Source: Thermoplasmata archaeon
GTDB taxonomy: Archaea > Thermoplasmatota > Thermoplasmata > RBG-16-68-12 > JAFNFQ01
DNA length: 64,000 bases
Assembly: GCA_041489255.1 (NCBI GenBank)
Contig: JBGPQV010000010.1
Location: 1-64,000 of the forward strand
Reading direction: 5' to 3'
A program made the translations under genes and the position numbers. Position 1 is the first letter of the stretch, and every line of letters begins with the position of its first letter. Under the pieces are notes generated by a model that was given only the letters and a program-made list of their open reading frames with translations, had not been told where the DNA came from and ran no database searches. This document shows, piece by piece, positions 1 to 9,559 of this stretch.

Positions 1-2277
1 CTCCGTGATGTCGTCATCATGATCGACGTCAGCGATCACGCGATATGTCCCGGGAATGGCGGGAGAGACCCACGTGGCGGTGAACCTTGAGGAGTCTGCG
101 GTTGGAGCAAGAGGAGAGACGGTGAACGTCGCGAATGGCGGTGAGGACTCGTTGTAGAACGCGAGCGTGGCGTCAGCCGTGGCGGTGGCGTTGCCCTGGT
201 TGTGGGCTATGATGGAGAGGGAGACGGGAGACGAGAGACCGACCCTGATCGGCGATGGCGGTTGCGGGAAGATCGGGACGTAGTCCGGTCTCGTTGCCGG
301 CCCAGGCTGGACGAGGACGTCCACGCACGCCACGTTGTTGTTCTCGTTGGACTCAACCACTGTTCCAGGCGGCGGGTCCGCGTACGCGCACAGCCTATGC
401 GTGCCGGGCGGGGTGCCCGCCCAATCGAAGAAAGAGCTGGACTGCGAGTGCCCCGCAAGACTCCAGATATTCGTGACGATGTTCTCGCCCGCGTCGGGCA
501 GGCCGTTGCCGTTCAGATCGCTGAACAGGAGCACGTCGAAGCCCGCCGCAGGGAGGTCGCCTGTGTTCTCGACGGTCACGTTCAACTGCACGACCGCGCC
601 CACCAGCACTGGCGGGGGAGGGATTACGTCGATCGAGGGCACGAGGTCCGAAAGGGAGAGCACTTGGACGGGGATGCATGCGATGTTGTTCAGATCGTCT
701 GACTCGTTCACCTTTGAAGGTGGCGGGTCCGCGAACGCGCATAATCTGTGGTTCCCTATGGGTGAGGCGGTCCAGGCGAACGAGACGTTTCTCTGCGAAT
801 GCCCTAGGAGACCGGTCAGGGAGGAGAGGCTGATGTTTTCGCCCGCGTCGGGCGTCATGTCGCCGTCCTTGTCATCGAAAAGGAGCAGGTCGAAGCCCCC
901 GGCTGACATGTCTCCGAGGTTCGCGACCGTCACGTTCACCTGTGTGACAGTGTCGTTCAACAAAGGCGGGCGAGGGACAATCTCGATCGACGTGGAAGTC
1001 AGGTCCGGGAAAGAGATGGTCTGGTTCGTCGAGAAGTAGATGTCGCAGTACGGAAATCCCCCGCGACAATCTGTCCAGACGGCGCCCGTGTACCATAAGC
1101 CTGCATAGGGATAAGCTGCAATCGCAGGCAATTCATACGCGGGCGTCAGACTCGCCGCGCTGTCTGTGATCCGGACGGGTGACGTCCAAGAAGAGAGCGA
1201 AGACGCGAGCGCGGTCGACGCGAAGACCCCCAATGGCGACCAATACACGAGACGGACCATTTTGGCAGCAGGAATCGCAACGACCCGCGGATTCTCATGG
1301 TCCCCGGGATTAGTCGTCAATGGGGAAACGCTCCAGGAGAGCATATTGCCCCAGTCTTCGCTGTACGCGACATAGATTTGATTGAAGATTCCCCCAGCCC
1401 GCGCGAAAGGGACGACGACCTTGCCGGAGTTCAAGACCGTCGCCACATCGCCGGCGAATTCGTCAGCAGCCGTCGCCACCACAATCGTCCCTGGTTCGGA
1501 TGTCCAAGACCCGGGAGTCCCGCCAGCCGCACTCCGTATCAGGAGCATGTCGCGATTCCCGGGCGCTGCCTGCCGTTCGTAGACGATGTATATATAATCG
1601 GGGTTGCACCACGCGACGCGAGGCATCCGGTTAACGGAGTGGTCCAGTCCTCCCACAAGGATTTGCGGCGCCTCCCACGCCGACCACACTCCGCGGTCGC
1701 GCGCGGCCATGAACATTATGTCGGTACCCCCGGCACCGTCGTCGCGCTCGAAGGTGAGGAACGCGCTCGCGGAGCTGTCTTGAGAGATAGTGATGGAAGG
1801 GTTGTGGTCCCCCGGGTCTGTCGTGAGAGTTTGGCAGCAGCCCGACATGTGTGGAAAGATGGTCATCAAGCGAAGACCTCCGCCGGAACTATCGAACACG
1901 ACGAGTGCCTCGCTGCCAGAGAAGTTCACCGCGATCGACGGGTGGCTGTAGATCTCGATTTCACTGAAATTACAGTAGGATACGTCCCACCAGATTCCAC
2001 CGTTGTGGGAGGTGGTGGCGCATATTCCGCTCCAATGTAACGAGGAAAGATAGATCTCATAGGCAACATGTAGGACACCGTCGTGGTCGGCTCCGATTGA
2101 CGTGTTCCGCTGGATTTCGGGGTAGGGTTCGGATACGAGAACGTCCGGGGACCATCCCGAGCCGGGGTCACCCAGAATCCCCGCGTCGGGCGCCATAGTG
2201 GCTCCGGGCCCGTGTGGCCGCGGGATATACGCACCCGCGGACAGAAGGATGAGCATCGTGAACAGGATCACACGCAT
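1..2277 (-). CDS. Large secreted/surface protein with an N-terminal putative beta-propeller-like region and CARDB-like Ig repeats (3' end runs off the window)
   Basis: Open frame from ATG at 2277 to the window edge, missing from the ORF track because its stop lies outside the window. Signal peptide MRVILFTMLILLSAGA. Repeats of the type NVTVxNxGD...LCAxADPPPxxVxESxxxNNxAC. Last module PDYVP...TLAFYNESS...FTATW is homologous to the 27642-30632 protein. Confidence 0.85.
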   Translation of the reverse strand, partial: MRVILFTMLILLSAGAYIPRPHGPGATMAPDAGILGDPGSGWSPDVLVSEPYPEIQRNTSIGADHDGVLHVAYEIYLSSLHWSGICATTSHNGGIWWDVSYCNFSEIEIYSHPSIAVNFSGSEALVVFDSSGGGLRLMTIFPHMSGCCQTLTTDPGDHNPSITISQDSSASAFLTFERDDGAGGTDIMFMAARDRGVWSAWEAPQILVGGLDHSVNRMPRVAWCNPDYIYIVYERQAAPGNRDMLLIRSAAGGTPGSWTSEPGTIVVATAADEFAGDVATVLNSGKVVVPFARAGGIFNQIYVAYSEDWGNMLSWSVSPLTTNPGDHENPRVVAIPAAKMVRLVYWSPLGVFASTALASSLSSWTSPVRITDSAASLTPAYELPAIAAYPYAGLWYTGAVWTDCRGGFPYCDIYFSTNQTISFPDLTSTSIEIVPRPPLLNDTVTQVNVTVANLGDMSAGGFDLLLFDDKDGDMTPDAGENISLSSLTGLLGHSQRNVSFAWTASPIGNHRLCAFADPPPSKVNESDDLNNIACIPVQVLSLSDLVPSIDVIPPPPVLVGAVVQLNVTVENTGDLPAAGFDVLLFSDLNGNGLPDAGENIVTNIWSLAGHSQSSSFFDWAGTPPGTHRLCAYADPPPGTVVESNENNNVACVDVLVQPGPATRPDYVPIFPQPPSPIRVGLSSPVSLSIIAHNQGNATATADATLAFYNESSPPFATFTVSPLAPTADSSRFTATWVSPAIPGTYRVIADVDHDDDITE

Positions 2278-2344
2278 GACGCCACGCACGCGCAAATCGG
2301 ACCTCCCGGGGACGCAATCCCCGATAACCACACCGACCCGCCGC

Positions 2345-2352
2345 TTATTTAA
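2345..2352 (-). promoter_or_regulatory. Putative archaeal TATA box for the 2277 gene
   Basis: TTAAATAA on the minus strand in GC-rich DNA, about 70 nt upstream of the ATG. Confidence 0.5.
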
Positions 2353-2603
2353 GGGTGCCCCCGGGGCATCCCGCCTCATCCCGTCATCGGCGCGGATCCG
2401 GACCAAGACGTGGGCTCTGGGAAAGTAGAGGGTCCTCACCGAACGCCTTGGTCAGACCGCAGGCCTTGGGACAGGGATGAATCTAGCGGAATCGGGGTGA
2501 CGACTTCGATGAAGGCGACGAGGTCGAGACAGAGGCCGAAGACCTCTGCGAAAGCCCACGGCCTCGATTGACTGCTGAGTGTTGTCCGTCGGATCGCCGA
2601 GTA

Positions 2604-2888
2604 TCATCGGTTCTCGGGCACATTCGCCGCTTCAGCTTCCTTTTCCTCGGACTTCAATGCTCTGGCGAGCACGATGACCATCCCCGACACAAGGATACTC
2701 AGGTCGATGGCGGTTCCAATCCCCAGCGCTGGCGGTATGGAGAGTTGGCCGGTGAGGTAGGAGGTTATCCCGGTCGCCGCCTCGGCGAGGGCGAAAGGCA
2801 ACGAGGTAATCGCGAACGCCTTCACCACTGCCCTCCTGTCCTTCCCGCCCTTCCACGGCCTCCTCCTCGAAGACCAGACTCCCGCCAA
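2604..2888 (-). pseudogene. Orphan C-terminal membrane-anchor fragment of a surface-protein family
   Basis: AGVWSSRRRPWKGGK...AEAATG...TGQLSIPP...GTAIDL closely matches the C-terminus of 27642-30632. Homology stops abruptly near 2888, and there is no ectodomain or signal peptide. Confidence 0.75.
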
Positions 2889-3112
2889 TTGTAAGACTAG
2901 ATTGCGACCGTGCCCACGGCGCCAATCCATCTTACCTATCCTTCCACTGGCTCTTGTTCAAGGGGCGGGGCACATTGATACCCCGATAGGAGACTCGGAG
3001 ACAGCCGCCAATCTATATATAGCGTGTTCAGAATCGGAGACTCCCTCAACTGCATCAGTAGACACGTTGCGGGCAGTCCGGGACTTGTTCCCGAGGGGAA
3101 GGGGGCGGAAGA

Positions 3113-4003
3113 GTGAGTCCAGAGCGCGCCAAGAAGCTGATGTCTGCAAGTGAAGCCGTTGATAGATTCCTGAAGCCCGGGTGCATGCTCGGCGTCGGCG
3201 GGATGCACATGCACAACAATCCGATGGCGCTCATCAGGGAGGTTGCGAGGCAGGGGAAGAGGATAGGCACCCTCGTCACAAGCCCGTCCGCGAACATCAA
3301 CGCAGACCTTCTCATCGGGGCAGGCCTTGTCGACGAGATCTACTGCTCGTACGTCGGATTCGAGCACCTCGGGCTCGCGCCGAATTTCAGGGCGGCGGTA
3401 GAGCAGAAGAAGATTCGGGTGAGGGAGGGCGACGAGGCGGCGGTGGTCTACGGCCTGAGGGCGGGGATGAGCTCGCTCCCCTTCATCCCGCTGCCGAGAG
3501 GCCTCGAGCTCGCGCAGACCTCGAAGGTCAACACTCTCGATTTCAAGACTACCACGGATCCATTCACCGGCGATTCCGTCCTCTGCCTGAGGCCGATCAA
3601 GCCGAATGTCTCATTCATCCACTGTCAGAAGGCGGATGCTCACGGAAATGGGATCTTCGAGGGCAGCAAGTTCACCGATGTCGATATGGCGAAGGCGAGC
3701 GACAAGGTGATTCTCCAGATCGAGGAAATCGTCTCGGACGATTACATCGAGAAGAACGCATTCAGGGTCGCGATCCCCGCCATGCTTGTCGACGCAGTGG
3801 TCCAGGCACCCTTCGGTTGCCATCCGACATCTTCGCACTCGTATTACACCTACGACGAGCCTCACCTGCTCGAATACCTCAAGGCGTGCAAGGAAGGGTT
3901 CGACGCATACCTGCAGAAATACGTGAAAGGGCCGAGGTCGCACGAGGAGTATCTCAAGGTAGTCGGGGAACACACGCTGGCGAATCTCAAGGAGGGGCGG
4001 TAA
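3113..4003 (+). CDS. CoA-transferase family I, alpha subunit (GctA/AibA/IpdA-like)
   Basis: PMALIRE, ADLLIGAG, YVGFEHLGLAPNFR, HCQKADAHGN, VDAVVQAPFGCHP motifs. Confidence 0.85.
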   Translation: MSPERAKKLMSASEAVDRFLKPGCMLGVGGMHMHNNPMALIREVARQGKRIGTLVTSPSANINADLLIGAGLVDEIYCSYVGFEHLGLAPNFRAAVEQKKIRVREGDEAAVVYGLRAGMSSLPFIPLPRGLELAQTSKVNTLDFKTTTDPFTGDSVLCLRPIKPNVSFIHCQKADAHGNGIFEGSKFTDVDMAKASDKVILQIEEIVSDDYIEKNAFRVAIPAMLVDAVVQAPFGCHPTSSHSYYTYDEPHLLEYLKACKEGFDAYLQKYVKGPRSHEEYLKVVGEHTLANLKEGR

Positions 4004-4005
4004 TC

Positions 4006-4770
4006 ATGCAGCCGACCGTCGCGGACATCATGGCGGTTGCGATGTCCCATCACATGAAGAACGGGGAGGTCGCGATCATGGGCGCGTACAGCGCGATACC
4101 CATGATGGCGTGCAGGCTCGCGCAGTTGACGCACGCACCGGACCTGACCTTCATAGCTGGCGGGAGCGGGGCGGTGAACCCGAAGCTGAGGCCGATGGTG
4201 CAGTCTTCGTGCGACTGGAAGCTCCTCACCGCGGAGTCGGTCCTCCCTCTCTCCGACGTGATCGATTTTGAGGCGCGCCCCGAGATTGACGTGTTCTTCG
4301 CCGGCGGTCTCCAGGTCGACAAGTTCGGGAACTGCAACCTCGTGTGCGTTGGCGATTGGGCGAACCCGAAGCTCAGGGGGCCGGGCACGGTAGGACTTCC
4401 GTTCCTATCGAGGGCGGGGAGGTATGTCATTTACACGAACGCGCACAACAAGCGCCTCTTCGTCGAGAAGGTGGATTTCCTCAGCGGACCCGGTTTCCTG
4501 GATGGCATTTCCTACGAGAAGAGAAAGCCGATCGGCAACGGGCCGTCGCTAGTAGTGACACCTCTCTGTACGTTCGGCTTCGGCAGGGACAGGACGATGG
4601 AGCTTAGGACGGTCCATCCGGGAGTCACGGTCCAGCAGGTGATCGAGAACACGGGATTCCAGCTCAAGCCTCCCGCCACGGTGCCGGAGACCACGCTTCC
4701 GACAGGGGAGGAGCTCGAGCTGCTTGCGAAGATCGACCCGAAGGGAGTCGCCAGGAACTCAGTCAGGTGA
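4006..4770 (+). CDS. CoA-transferase family I, beta subunit (GctB-like, canonical catalytic Glu apparently absent)
   Basis: Likely start is ATG 4006, just after the alpha stop. LAQLTHAPDL, DVFFAGGLQVDKFGNCN, FVEKVDFLSG, HPGVTVQQVIENTGF motifs. Confidence 0.85.
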   Translation: MQPTVADIMAVAMSHHMKNGEVAIMGAYSAIPMMACRLAQLTHAPDLTFIAGGSGAVNPKLRPMVQSSCDWKLLTAESVLPLSDVIDFEARPEIDVFFAGGLQVDKFGNCNLVCVGDWANPKLRGPGTVGLPFLSRAGRYVIYTNAHNKRLFVEKVDFLSGPGFLDGISYEKRKPIGNGPSLVVTPLCTFGFGRDRTMELRTVHPGVTVQQVIENTGFQLKPPATVPETTLPTGEELELLAKIDPKGVARNSVR

Positions 4771-4785
4771 GCTAGGGGTAGGAAC

Positions 4786-6729
4786 ATGACGTCCACGAGC
4801 GAGATCGCATGGAGACCGCCGAAGGAGTACGTCGAGAAGGCGAGCATCACTCGGTTCATGAGGAAACACGGCATCAAGACGTACGACGAGCTGATCAAGA
4901 GGAGCACCGACGACATCGAGTGGTTCTGGGACGCCGCCCTCAAGGACATCGGGATCGAGTGGTACAAGCCCTACGACAAGGTGCTGGACCTGACCAAGGG
5001 GATTCAATGGGCGAGCTGGTTCGCTGGCGGGAAGATCAACATCGTCCACAACTGCCTTGACAAGCACATGAAGACCGACGTGCGCAACAAGACCGCGCTC
5101 ATCTGGGAGGCGGAGGACGGCCAGGTCAAGAAGCTCACCTACTCGGACCTGAATGCCCAGGTGAACAAGCTCGCGAACGCGATGAAGGACATGGGGGTGA
5201 GGAAAGGCAACACCGTCGGCCTCTACATGCCGATGATACCAGAGGTCGTCGTCGCGATGCTGGCGAGTCTGAAGATTGGAGCGATTTGCATTCCGGTCTT
5301 CTCTGGTTTTGGCGCCGCCGCTCTCGCGAATAGGCTGAACGACGCTGGTGCGAAGGTGCTGTTCACCGCCGACGGCTCCACGAGGCGGGGGAAGCAGATC
5401 AGGATCAAGAGCGAGGCGGACCTCGCCGCCGCGAACGCGCCGACTATAGAGCGCATGGTTGTGTGCAGGAGGACCGGGGAGAACGTCTCGATGGTGGCGG
5501 ATCGTGACGTCTACTGGGACGAGTTCGTGAAGGGCAAGTCGGCGGAGTGCGAGACAGAGCAGTTGAACTCTGAGGATTACTCATTATTGATCTATACATC
5601 GGGAACGACAGGCAAGCCAAAGGGCTCAGTCCACACGCATGCTGGTGCGCTCGCTCAGATCGCGAAAGAGCTCGCCTACAATTTCGACGTGCGGCAGGAC
5701 GAGGTCTTCTTCTGGCTCACGGACATAGGATGGATGATGGGACCGTGGATGATCATAGGCGTTTACAACATTGGCGGGACAGTCTTGATTTTCGAAGGAG
5801 CGCCGGACCACCCCAAGCCAGATCGCCTCTGGGAACTCATCGAGAAGCACAAGATTGCGACCCTCGGGATCTCTCCAACCGCCATCAGGCTACTGAAGCG
5901 GTACGGGGACGAGTGGGTCGAGAAGCACGACCTGACATCGCTCCGCCTGCTCGGCTCGACCGGGGAACCGTGGGACCCCGAATCTTGGACGTGGTTCTTC
6001 GAAAAGGTCGGAGGCCGCAGGATACCTATCATCAACATCTCTGGCGGGACTGAGATTGTCGGCTGCTTCCTCGCGCCGCTGCCGATCTGCGATTTGAAGC
6101 CGTGCACTCTGCGCGGGCCGGGTCTCGGGATGGCCATTGACACGTTCGACGACGACGGCAAGCCGGTGAGGGGGAGGATGGGGCACCTCGTTGCGCTGAA
6201 GCCCGCCCCCTCGATGACGAAGGGCTTCTGGAAGGACCCTGACCGGTACATCGAGACATATTGGTCAAGGTGGCCGAACGTGTGGTACCATGGGGACTGG
6301 GCGCTGATCGACGACGATGGCTTCTGGTTCCTTGGCGGGAGGTCAGACGACACAATCAAGGTCTCCGGGCGGAGGACGGGACCGGGCGAGATCGAGTCGA
6401 TCATGATGAACCATCCCGCCTGCGCCGAGGTGGCGGCGATCGGAGTCCCTCATGAGATCAAGGGCGAAGGCATAGTTTGCTTCGTAGTGCTCAAACCCGG
6501 CTTCAAGGCGAGCGATGAATTGAGAACCGAGCTGAAGGAGCTGGTCGTGAAGGAGCTTGGCAAGACGTTGAGGCCGGAGGAGGTCTGGTTCGTCATAGAC
6601 CTGCCGAAGACGAGGACCGCCAAGATTGTGAGGAGGGTCGTGAGAGCAATGTACCTCGGGAAGGAATTGGGCGACACGTCCTCAATCGAGAACCCAGACG
6701 CCATCGCAGGAATCAAGAGAGCACAGTGA
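4786..6729 (+). CDS. acs: AMP-forming acetyl-/acyl-CoA synthetase
   Basis: YTSGTTGKPKG, DIGWMMG, GSTGEP, SGGTE, GRSDD, PKTRTAKIVRR; 647 aa. Confidence 0.85.
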   Translation: MTSTSEIAWRPPKEYVEKASITRFMRKHGIKTYDELIKRSTDDIEWFWDAALKDIGIEWYKPYDKVLDLTKGIQWASWFAGGKINIVHNCLDKHMKTDVRNKTALIWEAEDGQVKKLTYSDLNAQVNKLANAMKDMGVRKGNTVGLYMPMIPEVVVAMLASLKIGAICIPVFSGFGAAALANRLNDAGAKVLFTADGSTRRGKQIRIKSEADLAAANAPTIERMVVCRRTGENVSMVADRDVYWDEFVKGKSAECETEQLNSEDYSLLIYTSGTTGKPKGSVHTHAGALAQIAKELAYNFDVRQDEVFFWLTDIGWMMGPWMIIGVYNIGGTVLIFEGAPDHPKPDRLWELIEKHKIATLGISPTAIRLLKRYGDEWVEKHDLTSLRLLGSTGEPWDPESWTWFFEKVGGRRIPIINISGGTEIVGCFLAPLPICDLKPCTLRGPGLGMAIDTFDDDGKPVRGRMGHLVALKPAPSMTKGFWKDPDRYIETYWSRWPNVWYHGDWALIDDDGFWFLGGRSDDTIKVSGRRTGPGEIESIMMNHPACAEVAAIGVPHEIKGEGIVCFVVLKPGFKASDELRTELKELVVKELGKTLRPEEVWFVIDLPKTRTAKIVRRVVRAMYLGKELGDTSSIENPDAIAGIKRAQ

Positions 6730-6740
6730 TTCGCGGCTGG

Positions 6741-7766
6741 TCACGGAATGGCGATTCCTCGAATCATTGTGGGTTCTCCGCTGTCCAGCAGCTTGAACCC
6801 GTCATTGATGTCGTCGAGCTTGAACTTGTGAGTCACCATCTCCTTGACCTTGATCCTCCCGAGTCTCACCATCTCGATGATTCTGGGGTAGTCCTGCGGC
6901 CCGCAGCCGAGCGAGCCCTTGATCTCAATCTCGCGGAACATCAGCCGTGCGGAATCGATTGTAACCTCCTTCGATGAGTAGCCCACCACCACGACCCGCC
7001 CGCCCCACCTGACTGCGTTGAACGCCTGCTGGATGGTGATCGGGTTGCCGATGACCTCCAGGGCGACATCGACACCGCCGCTGGTCATCTTCCTGATCGC
7101 TTTCGCGACATCTTGCTCGGTCTTCCCGTTGACAGTCTGCGAAGCTCCGAACTTCATCGCCATCTCCAGCTTCTGGTCGAAGACATCCACGGCGATCACT
7201 TTCCCGCCAACAGCCGCCGCCATCTGTATCGTCGAGAGGCCGACGCCTCCACAGCCGAATACCGCTACAGTCTCGCCCGGCTTCACCTCCGCCCTGTTGA
7301 CGACAGCGTGGTATGGTGTCGAGATGGCGTCAGAGATGATTGACGCTTCAGGCAGAGGTACGTTGTCAGGTGCGATGAACATCTCGCTGGCAGGCACCAC
7401 GACGTATTCCGCGAACCCGCCATCGCGGTGATTTCCCACCATGATCTGGTTCGTGCAAAGCGTCGGACGCCCCGTGCGGCAGAAGAAGCATTTCCCGCAG
7501 CCGAAGACAGGCGGGATGATGACCTTGCTCCCGTTCTTGAAGCTGGTCACGTCGGGTGCGGCGTCTTCCACCGTCCCACTGATCTCGTGACCGAGTATCA
7601 TCGGCGGCTTCTTGAACGTCGGGGTGCCATGGAGGTAGTGCAGGTCGGTCCTGCAGAGTCCACATGCCGCCACCTTGACAAGGACCTCGCCCGGCCCCGG
7701 CTTCGGCGTCGGCACATCTTCGATTTTCAGAGGTTGCCCCTTCTCATAGAACACTGCCGCCTTCAT
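6741..7766 (-). CDS. Zn-dependent alcohol dehydrogenase, probably 6-hydroxycyclohex-1-ene-1-carbonyl-CoA dehydrogenase (Had/BzdX-like)
   Basis: CGLCRTD, GHE, CxxCxxC-x7-C structural Zn site, GCGGVG. RLMFREIEIKGSLGC resembles Had, and the bzd operon is nearby. The family call is firm; the substrate is inferred. Confidence 0.75.
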   Translation of the reverse strand: MKAAVFYEKGQPLKIEDVPTPKPGPGEVLVKVAACGLCRTDLHYLHGTPTFKKPPMILGHEISGTVEDAAPDVTSFKNGSKVIIPPVFGCGKCFFCRTGRPTLCTNQIMVGNHRDGGFAEYVVVPASEMFIAPDNVPLPEASIISDAISTPYHAVVNRAEVKPGETVAVFGCGGVGLSTIQMAAAVGGKVIAVDVFDQKLEMAMKFGASQTVNGKTEQDVAKAIRKMTSGGVDVALEVIGNPITIQQAFNAVRWGGRVVVVGYSSKEVTIDSARLMFREIEIKGSLGCGPQDYPRIIEMVRLGRIKVKEMVTHKFKLDDINDGFKLLDSGEPTMIRGIAIP

Positions 7767-7912
7767 CGATGCACCTTACATGGCTGGAGAGGCTAATGCG
7801 GTTTAAACATATTCATCGCCGAGGCTTTATCCGAAAATTGGTCGCCTCATACCCGGTCGCCGCTTCTTCCTGGCAACTAATCTCAAGGGCAACGAGGCAG
7901 GGCTTCCGATTT

Positions 7913-8380
7913 TCACTGTGTGGTCACGTCTTGGACAATCCGAATGGTCGGTTGAATCAATATTTCGGACTTGACCGAGTTCGCTACCAGACTGTATTTC
8001 TGAGCGGCGCTCAACGCTCGGCGCGTTCTCGCCTCTACCACATCGGGACTCTCCCTCCCTGCATTGACCCGAATCTCCGGCCACAAGCGGATGTGGGTAA
8101 AAGTCTCAGTCCGGTCGAGTTCGATTTGCTTCGTACCCTCCGCGCGGCACTCGTACGATACAAGCTTGAGGCGAAAGCGCTCTGCCGCCCAGACAAACAT
8201 CATCATGATGCAGGTGTTGGCTGCGGCCACGAAAGCATCCTCGGGCGTAAGGACGCCCGGGTGTCCCTGAGAATCCGGCGGCGCGGAGAAGTCCATGTCC
8301 GGACCGTTTCCCATGACGATGTGCCCCCAATGCTCCCCCGTCCACTTGACCACCGTGTGGTATGTCGCCGTGCGCGTCAA
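7913..8380 (-). CDS. OsmC/Ohr family protein
   Basis: FSAPPDSQG...TPEDAFVAAANTC motif; C-terminal AQKYSLVANSVK; TTG start overlaps the upstream stop. Confidence 0.8.
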   Translation of the reverse strand: MTRTATYHTVVKWTGEHWGHIVMGNGPDMDFSAPPDSQGHPGVLTPEDAFVAAANTCIMMMFVWAAERFRLKLVSYECRAEGTKQIELDRTETFTHIRLWPEIRVNAGRESPDVVEARTRRALSAAQKYSLVANSVKSEILIQPTIRIVQDVTTQ

Positions 8381-9114
8381 CGGCTCATCCTCTTGCTGGC
8401 GCGGTACGCCTCATATTCCCGCAGCAAAGCTCCGGCGTACGCCGTCTCCTTCTCAGGCGAGATGAAATTGTACACCCGGGCCGCCTTCAGCAGCTCCGGC
8501 CCGATCTCTTCGCGAGCCACCTTGTCCGAATCGAGGAATCGCTCGAAGACCAAAGGCAGCCCGAGCATGCTGACCTTCTCCCCATCGACACTGATCACAC
8601 TTGAGGGGGGCGTGGAGGTGCAGGAACACGCATTTTGTGAGGGAGGCTGATTTTCCATTGGAGGCGACGGCGTGCTTGATGGCGCAGTCGCATGGTGGCG
8701 CGGACGCCCGGAACGCAGCTCGTCCACCAATGTGGCGATCCGGGCAGCCGTCGCTTCGACGGCGGCTTTGCCGCGTTCGTTCAACCGGCCTTTTCCCTCT
8801 GGGCTGCCGAGTTCACCGCCGGCCGTGAGGTCTTTGACCACAATGGAGGCTGCAGGCTTCCCAGAGTACATCTCGGTCCCCTTCGCAGCGCAACGCCGTT
8901 CGCATCCGTCGACCGCAATCGTGGGGTAGTACCGTGCAAACGTTCTCTCGCCCTGTCCACCCGCCAGGAAGAGAGGCAGGCAAATCGTGACGGTGTCATC
9001 CGGACGGAGTTCCCACAACACCTTCAGTGTCGCCAACCTCGTCACGGTCCCTTCGGGCATCTCCTCGCCGGAACACGCCACTATCCCGACCTTCTTCTTG
9101 GGAAGGTCAGGCAT
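8377..9114 (-). CDS. DGC-domain putative zinc-binding protein with C-terminal extension
   Basis: ACSG...TICLP...IAVDGCERRCA; start MPDLPKK at 9114. Confidence 0.8.
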   Translation of the reverse strand: MPDLPKKKVGIVACSGEEMPEGTVTRLATLKVLWELRPDDTVTICLPLFLAGGQGERTFARYYPTIAVDGCERRCAAKGTEMYSGKPAASIVVKDLTAGGELGSPEGKGRLNERGKAAVEATAARIATLVDELRSGRPRHHATAPSSTPSPPMENQPPSQNACSCTSTPPSSVISVDGEKVSMLGLPLVFERFLDSDKVAREEIGPELLKAARVYNFISPEKETAYAGALLREYEAYRASKRMSR

Positions 9115-9559
9115 GTTCGCTCTCCTCCTTCCGAGGGGTTGACGCGCCGGGGACACGAGCCGCCAAGTCGTCTACCTGATGCGCGATTTCCTCCGCGATC
9201 ACGCGAGCCAGCTTCAGACCCTCCAGGTTCAACTCGGCAATCCCGAGTGGTTTCAAATCCCGGTGTCGGCGGAATACGTCAAGGACCGCAATGTCCTTGG
9301 AAACGGTTCCTCCGCTTTCCTTCACCATCTTCGTTGAGCAAGCCAGCTTGCATCCATCGATGGTCACGGCGACGCTCTCCGCGACTGTGGCTCGCGCCTG
9401 GGGGTTTCCTAGGACCAAGAGTGAGAGCGGAACGAGCTGGGTCTGGTCGGGGCGCAGCTCCTCGGTCACGATGTACGCGGCCTCACGACTCACGGTTCCG
9501 TAGGGCTTGCCGATCCCACTGCACGGAACGATTACCACCTTTGGTTTCGCCCTGCTCAC
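9107..9559 (-). CDS. DGC-domain putative zinc-binding protein
   Basis: VPCSG...TIDGCKLACS; GTG start overlaps the gcvH stop (GTGA). Confidence 0.8.
   Translation of the reverse strand: MSRAKPKVVIVPCSGIGKPYGTVSREAAYIVTEELRPDQTQLVPLSLLVLGNPQARATVAESVAVTIDGCKLACSTKMVKESGGTVSKDIAVLDVFRRHRDLKPLGIAELNLEGLKLARVIAEEIAHQVDDLAARVPGASTPRKEESEHA

Noticed and set aside
335-2040. Plus-strand ORFs 335-1039 and 1297-2040
   Set aside because: Antisense shadows of the minus-strand surface-protein gene 1-2277
2409-2560. Possible structured RNA (CGTGGGCT/AGCCCACG, CGACTTCG/CGAGGTCG, CAGAGG/CCTCTG stems)
   Set aside because: GC-rich; the stems compete with each other; one minus frame looks like a decayed coding remnant; no known RNA motif recognised
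3181-4005. Apparent long N-terminal extension of the CoA-transferase beta ORF (529 aa)
   Set aside because: Off-frame overlap with the alpha gene, Arg/Gly-rich and non-protein-like; the likely start is ATG 4006
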